DNA of 54,123 nucleotides from a candidate division WOR-3 bacterium (GTDB taxonomy: Bacteria > Hydrothermota > UBA3072 > B12-G15), in NCBI GenBank assembly GCA_965649055.1, contig CBFGJG010000001.1:1-54123 (forward strand). The letters run 5' to 3'. The notes under the pieces are model-generated. The model saw only the letters and a program-made list of their open reading frames with translations. It did not search any database and was not told the DNA's origin. Shown piece after piece: positions 10,359 to 18,513 of this stretch; positions within the stretch are counted from its first letter, which is position 1, and each line of letters starts with the position of its first letter. The translations under genes were made by a program, and so were the position numbers.

Positions 10359-10975
10359 CAGTCACCTCCACCAAGATATGTCCTTTCTATTCCAAGTATT
10401 ATCTTTAAAGATGTGGCAATCATACCGAGACCAACACCTATTCTTATACCCCTCTGTGCAGCCATATTGGGATAATTCAATATCCATTCTACAAAATCAG
10501 GTAATTTTGAATATATATAAGGTGCTACAGATACCCTTCCAAGCATAACTATGGTTGCTGCAATTAGAAGTAATGTAGCCTCAAGGTTCCTTGCCCTGAA
10601 TGCCCTGAACGCAGCAGAAGCCATATAGAATGCAAGGAGTGAAAACATTGTTGCCTGGAGTTGTGCATACACATACACATACATCTGGTTAAAGAGATAA
10701 CCTTTTTTTGTAACAATACCTAAAATTGCCATGAATAAAAATGCAATAATTGCAACTATTGAAGCCCACCATCCTTCCCTTTTTCTTCTTATCTTATTTG
10801 TGTGATACATAACAAAACTTCTTAATGATAATATATAAAAGAATATTCCTATTATTATTAACCAATCGAGGACAACATTATAGAATTTTGTTGACAAAGG
10901 ATGTGGTATAAAATACTGAATTATCATTATAATACCACCAGTAAATGCCAGTACTAAAGGAAGTGTTCTTCTCAT
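10358..10975 (-). CDS. Uncharacterised polytopic membrane protein, subunit B (copy 1)
   Basis: ATMFSLLAFYMASAAFRAFRARN, QRGIRIG, ILGIERTYLG. GGAGG RBS. Confidence 0.8.
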   Translation of the reverse strand: MRRTLPLVLAFTGGIIMIIQYFIPHPLSTKFYNVVLDWLIIIGIFFYILSLRSFVMYHTNKIRRKREGWWASIVAIIAFLFMAILGIVTKKGYLFNQMYVYVYAQLQATMFSLLAFYMASAAFRAFRARNLEATLLLIAATIVMLGRVSVAPYIYSKLPDFVEWILNYPNMAAQRGIRIGVGLGMIATSLKIILGIERTYLGGGD

Positions 10976-10982
10976 TATCCTC

Positions 10983-12074
10983 CTATAATGTCTTGAAAAT
11001 ATTTATAATTATATTCCAGTTGAATGTAATGGCAAGAAAAGAACCAACAAAAATCAAAACAGCTAATGCTACCTTTCCTAAATCCTGTGCCTTTAAAGAA
11101 CCAACAAGTTTTGGTTCCCTTGAAAGATAGGCACTCGCAGCATAAAGTTCTTCACCCATAATTGTATAATCGCATGCAGCAACAAAGAAAGGTAATTGTG
11201 AAACCGCATCAGTTCCAGCTATCTGTATTGCACCTGTCATATTACCTGTCTCTGCAAGGAGCAGTGATTCAGCATAGAACATACCTATGAATAGATTCGT
11301 AGCCGGTTTTTCCCTCACCATAATTCCATCAACACCTGCCGCATATGCGAATTGTGCATCTGTCAAGAAGAATACATTTTCTCTTTTAAATGCATCGGGT
11401 CTTCCTGCCTCAGTGTATGCCTCTTTTACAACCTCCTGTGCAACTATAGTTACAATGGGGTCGTAATTTGGGACTATTAAAGGGGTTTCATATTCGGCTG
11501 ATTTCTTCGCAACTGGCTTTAAGATATTTAAAGAAGCAAGTGTTGCAACATCCGATGCACCTGATAGTCCCGGAACATACAATATTGGTTTTCCCATCTC
11601 AGTTGCCCTTCCAACTGCCTCTTCAAGATGGTCAAGACCTGCTATCCTTCTTATGAACAGAACATTCCCTCTTGCCTTCTGTGTAAAATATAGAAGTAGG
11701 AAAATATATATTAAAAGTGCAATAAAAGTATTAATCTTGTTCATCTTAAATAACTGGGGATAACATTTTGCTGGCTGTGATTCTATGGAAAAATCGGAAT
11801 AATTATTGTTTATATCAAGGCACCTAATCTTAAAAATATAATTTACATTATTCTTAAGACCATCCGCTTTATATGTTTCAGAACCTTTGGGGACATAATC
11901 GAGTATTTCAAATGAATCCATTCCTTCTTCCTTATAAAAAATCTCATAACCTGCGAGTGATTCGCTCTCAACCTTATCCCATTCAATAATAATATTTCCA
12001 CCACCATCATTAGGAACATCGTGTGCCCTAACATTGAAAGGTGGGTATATTGAGAATAGTAAAATAACTAACAT
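10983..12074 (-). CDS. Fibronectin type III + DUF6754-like membrane protein, subunit A (copy 1)
   Basis: PPFNVRA.DVPNDGGG, FN3 pattern (W..GY.I.Y..GL..Y.F.I), EAVGRATEMGKP, FYAESLLLAETG, QLPFFVAACDY. Confidence 0.82.
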   Translation of the reverse strand: MLVILLFSIYPPFNVRAHDVPNDGGGNIIIEWDKVESESLAGYEIFYKEEGMDSFEILDYVPKGSETYKADGLKNNVNYIFKIRCLDINNNYSDFSIESQPAKCYPQLFKMNKINTFIALLIYIFLLLYFTQKARGNVLFIRRIAGLDHLEEAVGRATEMGKPILYVPGLSGASDVATLASLNILKPVAKKSAEYETPLIVPNYDPIVTIVAQEVVKEAYTEAGRPDAFKRENVFFLTDAQFAYAAGVDGIMVREKPATNLFIGMFYAESLLLAETGNMTGAIQIAGTDAVSQLPFFVAACDYTIMGEELYAASAYLSREPKLVGSLKAQDLGKVALAVLIFVGSFLAITFNWNIIINIFKTL

Positions 12075-12080
12075 AGTCTT

Positions 12081-12172
12081 TATTTAAATGAAGGTTCAAT
12101 TTTTGTCAAGTTTTTTTTGAAAAAATTTTTAAAATTTTTTATCATTGACTTTTTATATTTTCTTTTTATTTT
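12081..12172. promoter_or_regulatory. Divergent sigma70-type promoters, apparently leaderless
   Basis: Minus strand: TTGACA at 12109-12104, 35 nt upstream of ATG 12074, with a weak -10. Plus strand: TTGACT(12145-50)-N16-TATTTT(12167-72)-N6-ATG 12179. No SD on either. Confidence 0.6.
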
Positions 12173-12178
12173 ATCTAT

Positions 12179-13489
12179 ATGCTTTTTATAATTTCTTTTT
12201 ATCCTGTTTTTTATGAAAATGGGATTTATAGATACATAAGAACTATTGAGAATGAAAATATTCCATATTCTTATGGTGTTGATATTGATTTTTACTCAGA
12301 AGATTCCTATAACAAAACTGGGATTATATTCAGAGTTGATACAATAAAAAGATTTACAATTGGCAACCAGTTATTAATTAACCAGAACGATTTCGGATTA
12401 AACTTCTTCCCGCTTGTTTCAGCAGGTAATGGTAAAGTTTTTCCGGATACAAAATGGAAAGGGAAATTGTATGGGGCAATTTATGATGGTTCTATATTCT
12501 ATAAAAATAAAAGATTTTTTGTTCTCCTCGGGAATACCCATATAAAATACACGACTGCACCTATAAATTCTCCAATCCTCTCAAATAATATACCTCCTTT
12601 ACCATTATTATTCTATAATGTAAAAATATGGAAGATGAATATTTCACATCTCATTTCAAATCTCGGTCTTTATAAGGGAACAAGGCTTGACCCAAGTCTA
12701 AATCCATATGATTCTATAAGTATACACAGATACTTAATGATACACAGATTTGAATTTAATTTTGATAAGATAGGTATTGGCTTAACAGAGATAGGGATAA
12801 TGGGAAGGGATGGTGGGATTGATTTTTATCTTTTTAATCCAATCGGAATAATCTATGAACATCAATTTAACTTTAGCGAAAACACCAATATAATGTGGAA
12901 CTTTGATCTTCATCTTCTTTATAAAAATCTTTACTTCTATTCAAACCTTTTTATAGATGATTTCCAGTATGAGTATGACCCATGGAATGAACCTAATCAT
13001 ATTGGCTTAAATACCGGGATAATCGGAAAGATAAATAGAAAATTATATACCCATATTGAATACAATATTTTTACAAGATGGGTATATGGACATTTCCTTG
13101 TATATCAGAGATACATATACAACGGGTATTCACTTGGGATTGACAATTCATCTGATTTTGACGAATTATCAGGGAGATTAATTTATAAGGGAGAAAAGGA
13201 AAATTATTATCTTACATTAAAATATAGAAGAAAAGGGGAAACAAATCCTGAGACACCCTGGCCGGTAACATACGATGATAGTATCGACACATTGAAATTC
13301 CCTGATAATAATTTTCTTTCTGGTAATGTTAAAAAAAGATATGTTTTTAATGTTGGAATGCAAAAATGTCTTAACATGTTTTACATAAATTTAGAGACAG
13401 GATTTATATATGAAGAGAAATGGAATCCTGTTATTAATGTTAGTTTAATTTCAAACTTAAAATTTAAAGATTGGAGAGGATATGAATAA
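12179..13489 (+). CDS. Outer-membrane beta-barrel protein, capsule assembly Wzi-like
   Basis: SPILSNN.PP, HRFEF, IGLTE, F.IDD pattern and alternating aromatic strands typical of the Wzi family. Confidence 0.6.
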   Translation: MLFIISFYPVFYENGIYRYIRTIENENIPYSYGVDIDFYSEDSYNKTGIIFRVDTIKRFTIGNQLLINQNDFGLNFFPLVSAGNGKVFPDTKWKGKLYGAIYDGSIFYKNKRFFVLLGNTHIKYTTAPINSPILSNNIPPLPLLFYNVKIWKMNISHLISNLGLYKGTRLDPSLNPYDSISIHRYLMIHRFEFNFDKIGIGLTEIGIMGRDGGIDFYLFNPIGIIYEHQFNFSENTNIMWNFDLHLLYKNLYFYSNLFIDDFQYEYDPWNEPNHIGLNTGIIGKINRKLYTHIEYNIFTRWVYGHFLVYQRYIYNGYSLGIDNSSDFDELSGRLIYKGEKENYYLTLKYRRKGETNPETPWPVTYDDSIDTLKFPDNNFLSGNVKKRYVFNVGMQKCLNMFYINLETGFIYEEKWNPVINVSLISNLKFKDWRGYE

Positions 13490-14561
13490 TGTAAAAACAT
13501 TTTTTGTGGAGAATGTTGATGATTTCCTTAAACCTGATGATAAGGAAATACTTGGAATAACAAAAACCTTCAAACTTTATTTAACCAAAAATGATGAAGT
13601 AATAAAGGTGAAAGGTTTTGATAATGAAGGAAGGGCAACATATGTGAAAGGATTAACGATATTATCAGTCCTTGCAGGCGAAGCAGAAGAAGAAATTTTT
13701 GTCTATGGAGATCAACCTATAGGTGATGAGAATGATAAAATTTATTATAAAATAAAAGAGGATAAAGAAAGAATATTGCTTTCTACATTTAGGAATGGAG
13801 AAAGGCTTGAAGAATGGGAGAGATTATACAATGAAAAAGGTGAAGTGAAAGAAGACACTCACAGGTTTTCAATGATAAATGCGGAGATAAAACTTGAATA
13901 TAGATATAATGAAGATGGTAAGATGACCGAATCAATACTTTATGACCTTGATGGAACTCCTGAAAGAATTGATGAATTCATATATGAAGATAAAAAATTA
14001 AAGAAGATAATTGTAAAACTTCAGGGATATGAAACATTATATCCTTCAACGATGAAAGAATTTATTTATGAGAATGGAAAACTCAAGAATGAAAGGGAAT
14101 ATATCTATCCTGATAGACTCATAAGGGAGACAATATTTGAATACGATAATGAACTTATCACTTTAAGAAAGGAACATAGATTTCTTCCTGTAAGTGTTTT
14201 TTCCTATTTTAAATTCACATATAATAAAGATAAAAAAATAACAAAAGAAGAATTTTTTGAAAATGACAACCTCGTTTATACAAAAAATTATATTTATGAT
14301 GAAAAAGGTAGAAACATCACACAGGAATTAAAAGACAATGGTGAAATACTTCAGGGAATGATGGAATATAGATACAAAGATCTTGAACCTAAGAAAACAA
14401 GGCTGAATGAATTTTTGAAAGAGAGATTTTATCTTGATTTTTTTGAGAGTGGTTTAGTTGAATCCGAAAAGGGATTTACAAAATCTCAGAGTGGTGACTT
14501 TGAGTATGAACTTTTTTATGATTATGACGACGAAGGAAGATTAAAAAGAATTCACAGATAG
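13482..14561 (+). CDS. YD/RHS-like beta-hairpin repeat protein
   Basis: Repeated Y.YxxxG units (YNEKGE, YNEDGK, YENGK, YDEKGR, YDDEGR). No signal peptide and no RHS core DPxG. Confidence 0.55.
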   Translation: MNNVKTFFVENVDDFLKPDDKEILGITKTFKLYLTKNDEVIKVKGFDNEGRATYVKGLTILSVLAGEAEEEIFVYGDQPIGDENDKIYYKIKEDKERILLSTFRNGERLEEWERLYNEKGEVKEDTHRFSMINAEIKLEYRYNEDGKMTESILYDLDGTPERIDEFIYEDKKLKKIIVKLQGYETLYPSTMKEFIYENGKLKNEREYIYPDRLIRETIFEYDNELITLRKEHRFLPVSVFSYFKFTYNKDKKITKEEFFENDNLVYTKNYIYDEKGRNITQELKDNGEILQGMMEYRYKDLEPKKTRLNEFLKERFYLDFFESGLVESEKGFTKSQSGDFEYELFYDYDDEGRLKRIHR

Positions 14562-14569
14562 GAGGTTGT

Positions 14570-15025
14570 ATGAGTATTCTGGATAATGTTATTATTTTTT
14601 CATCATTAACAGAAGAAGAAAAAGAAAAAATTCTTTCAATTGCTGAAGAAAGAAAATTCAGGGCTGAAGATAAGATATTCAATGAAGGTGATGCAGGCGA
14701 CGGATTCTATGTTATAAAAAATGGAAGGGTAAGAATAAGCATATTCCTTCCCGATGTTGGTGAAGAATTACTTTCTCTACTAAAAGAAGGAAATCACTTT
14801 GGTGAGATGGCTATAATTGAAGATAAACCACGTTCAGCCTCTGCTATTGCTGATACAGAGACAACTTGTATTTTCTTCAACAAAGAGAAATTTATATCTA
14901 TAATGAAAGAAGATAAGAATATTGAAAACAAGATTTTATGGGAATTTGTCAAAGAATTTTCTTTCAGACTAAGGAAAACAGATAAGAAGCTTAAAGAGAT
15001 ACTACTACTTATTAAAACACTTTGA
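14570..15025 (+). CDS. Cyclic nucleotide-binding domain protein (no HTH)
   Basis: IFNEGD.GD.FYVI..G.V and FGEMAII...PRSASA. GGAGG RBS. Confidence 0.9.
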   Translation: MSILDNVIIFSSLTEEEKEKILSIAEERKFRAEDKIFNEGDAGDGFYVIKNGRVRISIFLPDVGEELLSLLKEGNHFGEMAIIEDKPRSASAIADTETTCIFFNKEKFISIMKEDKNIENKILWEFVKEFSFRLRKTDKKLKEILLLIKTL

Positions 15026-15880
15026 TATTGTTATCCTGTGGGTTAAAGGAAAATCCTCCTCATAATCCATCATAATAGCATAATAAAATTTAAGGTTTTT
15101 CAGATTAAAGCCCGAACCAAAAGATATTCCCCCTTTTTTAATACCAAAAAGAAAATCTACCATATCCTTATACGATATATTAATACCGAGTAGTGATGAT
15201 AATCCATAATCGTCCAAGATAAAATCAAAACAAGGCATTATTGTAAAATGATTTTTGTTAATTTTTAAAGATGAACCAAATTTAAGAGATGGATTTATTT
15301 TATCCCTGTTGTCTTTCCATAAAATCAAAGATGATGTTATATCCCTGAATGTTATACCAAATCTCAAATTATTCTTAATATAAAGTAAACCAAAATCAAT
15401 TCCACCTCCTATACCTCTTTCACCCATCAAATTCTCGTAAAATATTTTTAAATTCATACCATAATAAAGATTACTTAAGTTCTTTGAAATATTAAAAATA
15501 AATATATTCTGGAAAGCACTCTTATATATTATCTTTGAAGTATCAAGATACTCACCATCATCAAGTTCTCCATTACCATTAATGTCAATTAGTGCGTTCC
15601 TTGTATCAGGGATACCTGTTATTATATGATTGAACAAAAGAAATCCAAAACCATTGTTTTCCCTCTTCAGTGATCCTTTTACTGTGAATATATTACCAAG
15701 ACCACTGAAGATGTATCCACCATCTATTCCCAAAGATGTCATATTAAAAGATGAATATGCAGGATTATCAAATGATGAATTCGGTATGGATGAGGAGACA
15801 CCTGATAAGGCAAAATTTTTGGCATCAATTATCAGGTTCTGATAATCACCGGCAAAAACAGAGAATAGGAGAAAAATCAC
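15005..15880 (-). CDS. PorV/PorQ-like (UPF0164-type) outer-membrane beta-barrel
   Basis: A..ALSG..NPA, G.NLK, GGGIDFG, THRITIS C-terminus. Internal DINGNGELD Ca-binding-like loop. Confidence 0.6.
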   Translation of the reverse strand: MIFLLFSVFAGDYQNLIIDAKNFALSGVSSSIPNSSFDNPAYSSFNMTSLGIDGGYIFSGLGNIFTVKGSLKRENNGFGFLLFNHIITGIPDTRNALIDINGNGELDDGEYLDTSKIIYKSAFQNIFIFNISKNLSNLYYGMNLKIFYENLMGERGIGGGIDFGLLYIKNNLRFGITFRDITSSLILWKDNRDKINPSLKFGSSLKINKNHFTIMPCFDFILDDYGLSSLLGINISYKDMVDFLFGIKKGGISFGSGFNLKNLKFYYAIMMDYEEDFPLTHRITISKCFNK

Positions 15881-17886
15881 TTCTCACTTTCCTGTTCCTT
15901 CTTCCTCTCCTGTATTATTCTCTGTGCTATTTCCTGTGGAACTTCTTCATAACCTATCAATTTCTGTGTGAATGTTCCCTTTCCCTGTGTTATTGAACGT
16001 AAAGAGTTTGAGTATTTAAACATTTCTGCTTCGGGAACCTGAGCAATTATCTTCTGGAATTTACCAACTTTTTCAGTTCCAAGTATCTTTCCCCTCTTTG
16101 AATTAAGGTCTCCTATAACATCACCCATAAACTCATCCGGAACAAATACCTCAACCTGAAGTATAGGTTCAAGAAGGACCGGCTTTGCATTCTCCATTGC
16201 TGATTTAAATGCCATTGATGCTGCAATCTTGAACGCTATATCAGATGAATCAACGGGATGGAAAGAACCATAGAAACAGGTAACTTTAAGGTCAATAACA
16301 GGATATCCTGCAAGATAACCCTGTTCACATGCTTCCCTAACACCCTTCTCAACAGAAGGAATATATTTTGAAGGAATAACCCCACCAACTATCTCATCAA
16401 CGAATTCAAATCCTCCACCTCTTTTTAATGGTTCAAGCCTTAGCCAGCAATCACCATATTGTCCATGACCACCTGTCTGTTTCTTGTATTTCCCTTGTGC
16501 CTCTGATTTAGCCCTTATTGTCTCTCTGTAATGTATCCTTGGTCTCTCCTGCTCAACCTCAACACCAAATTTTCTTTTCAATTTATTTATAATGCTATCA
16601 AGATGCTGTTCACCAAGACCATGAATAAGTGTCTGTTTTGTTTCATTGTCATAAGTATGTGAGAAAGTCGGATCTTCATCATGGAGTTTTGAAAGTGAAC
16701 TTAATACCTTACCTTCATCACCTTTACTTTTCGGGATTATTGCAACTGTAATGATAGGTTCTGGGAAATTCAGTATACCTTCAACTTTAAAATCTGTATC
16801 AGGGCTTACCAGTGTATCAAGTGTTTTTGTTTCTTTAAGTTTAACAAGTGCACCAATCCCGCCTTCCTTCAATTCCATTATTTCGGTCCTCTCTTTTCCT
16901 TTCAACATAAAAATCTGGTTTATCTTCTCATCTTTCCCGGTTGTCTTGTTCTTTAAATTATTTCCTGAAGATATATTCCCTTTAAATACCCTTACAAGGT
17001 TTAAAGTCCCAACATGCGGTTCAACAACGGTCTTAAAAATAAATGATACAGTTCCGTTTTTATCTATTGAATTATAGAATTTTGTCTCGTTCGGTGAAAC
17101 AAATATCTCCTTCATATAATTAACAATCTCGTTTATACCAACAAGCTCATATGCCTCGCATGCAAAAACAGGAAATATTTTACATTCTTTATATCCTTCT
17201 TTTATAGCCTTTGAGAGTTCTTCATCAGAAATTTTTTCTTCGTTTATGAATTTTTCCATCAGTTTTTCATTCGTCTCTGAAACTGCTTCAATAAGTCTTG
17301 AACGATATTCTTCAGCTTCTGACTTAAAGTTCCCCAAATCTATTTCTTTTTCTTTATATGCCTTCATTTTTAAAAGGTCAACTATCCCTTTAAATTGTGG
17401 ACCTTCTCCCATAGGGATTATTAAAGGAACAACACCATCACCTATCTCTTTTTTAGCATCTTCGTAGCATCCCCAGAAATCCGAACCTTCCTTTCCAATC
17501 TTATTTATTATTAAAGAGAAAGGAATATTTCTTTCCCTTGCGTAATTTATAACTTTTTCAGTAACAAACTGAATACCTGAAATACTATCAAGGAATACTA
17601 TTATGTTATCCGCAACAGACAATCCAGATAATGTGTCACCAAAGAAATCCATATTTCCGGGTGTATCAATGTAGTTAAAGGTTATTCCATTGTATTCAAA
17701 ACTTACAACCTTCAAACTCATAGAGATTCTTTTATTAATCTCTTCTTCTTCGTAATCAAGGAATGAGTTTCCTTCGTCAACCTTGCCAAATCTGTTATTC
17801 AAACCAACTTTATAAACTATTGCATCTGCAAATGTTGTCTTACCTGTTCCTGTATGTCCTGCGACACATATATTCCTAAAGTTCAT
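15877..17886 (-). CDS. fusA: Elongation factor G paralog (EF-G2-like)
   Basis: GHTGTGKTT, DTPG, GLGEQHL, YRETI, KKQTGGHGQYG, GSFHPVDSSDIAF, LLEPI. G2, G3 and G4 motifs are degenerate. Confidence 0.93.
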   Translation of the reverse strand: MNFRNICVAGHTGTGKTTFADAIVYKVGLNNRFGKVDEGNSFLDYEEEEINKRISMSLKVVSFEYNGITFNYIDTPGNMDFFGDTLSGLSVADNIIVFLDSISGIQFVTEKVINYARERNIPFSLIINKIGKEGSDFWGCYEDAKKEIGDGVVPLIIPMGEGPQFKGIVDLLKMKAYKEKEIDLGNFKSEAEEYRSRLIEAVSETNEKLMEKFINEEKISDEELSKAIKEGYKECKIFPVFACEAYELVGINEIVNYMKEIFVSPNETKFYNSIDKNGTVSFIFKTVVEPHVGTLNLVRVFKGNISSGNNLKNKTTGKDEKINQIFMLKGKERTEIMELKEGGIGALVKLKETKTLDTLVSPDTDFKVEGILNFPEPIITVAIIPKSKGDEGKVLSSLSKLHDEDPTFSHTYDNETKQTLIHGLGEQHLDSIINKLKRKFGVEVEQERPRIHYRETIRAKSEAQGKYKKQTGGHGQYGDCWLRLEPLKRGGGFEFVDEIVGGVIPSKYIPSVEKGVREACEQGYLAGYPVIDLKVTCFYGSFHPVDSSDIAFKIAASMAFKSAMENAKPVLLEPILQVEVFVPDEFMGDVIGDLNSKRGKILGTEKVGKFQKIIAQVPEAEMFKYSNSLRSITQGKGTFTQKLIGYEEVPQEIAQRIIQERKKEQESEK

Positions 17887-17958
17887 AAAATCCTCCTCTA
17901 AATTTTTTTATGAATATATCTTATTTTTTAATCTTGTCAAATGGAAATTAAGAAGAAT

Positions 17959-18429
17959 TTAAAACTCTTTAATCCCGCCAAGGGCTTTCCAGTATCCATC
18001 TTCTTTTACAAACCTTATCTCAAAAGAACTTCTTGAACCATTTAACTTAATTCCGCTTGCATAAACAAATGCTGAATCTTCTCCAACCTTATCACCTGTA
18101 ATGAATGTATTACCTTTTTTAAAGAAGCTGTATGTCAAAAGCCATCCTGAAACCACAATTTTTCTAATATTTTCATCTTCTATCTTTCTCGGTTTCTGAT
18201 AATACTTCTTGAATATCTCAATAATAGCCTTTCTTTCTGTATTCACAGCAACAATTTTTTTCAAAACATCCTGATTTTCCTCTTCGAGTGCTTTAATCAT
18301 AACCTCTGCTATCTTTACAGGTTCAGTATCTCTGTCAATTTTTACACCATATGCTTCGAACGAATCATATTTTGTCTTCTTCCCGCAAGACAAGATTATT
18401 AAAATGAAAAAAAATAAATATTTCTTCAT
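17959..18429 (-). CDS. Hypothetical lipoprotein (NTF2-like/DUF4878-like)
   Basis: MKKYLFFFILIILSC lipobox; C-terminal FVKEDGYWK. Confidence 0.65.
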   Translation of the reverse strand: MKKYLFFFILIILSCGKKTKYDSFEAYGVKIDRDTEPVKIAEVMIKALEEENQDVLKKIVAVNTERKAIIEIFKKYYQKPRKIEDENIRKIVVSGWLLTYSFFKKGNTFITGDKVGEDSAFVYASGIKLNGSRSSFEIRFVKEDGYWKALGGIKEF

Positions 18430-18435
18430 ATTTTT

Positions 18436-18507
18436 ATTATCTTAAAAAAAATAAAAAAGTCAATTAAAATCCAAATTACTTGACATTTTTATCTTTAAAA
18501 TTATTTT
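18436..18507. promoter_or_regulatory. Divergent leaderless sigma70-type promoters
   Basis: Minus strand: TTGACT(18463-58)-N16-GATAAT-N6-ATG 18429. Plus strand: TTGACA(18480-85)-N16-TATTTT-N6-ATG 18514. Confidence 0.65.
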
Positions 18508-18513
18508 TATTTA

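Noticed and set aside
7354..10607. 21-nt identical stretch shared by subunits B and B' as a possible recombination or mobile-element repeat
   Set aside because: It encodes the conserved RAFRARN motif; the rest is diverged and no transposase or integrase is present.
12110..12140. A/T-run quasi-palindrome between divergent promoters
   Set aside because: Low-complexity AT sequence, consistent with shared UP elements; no specific operator can be supported.
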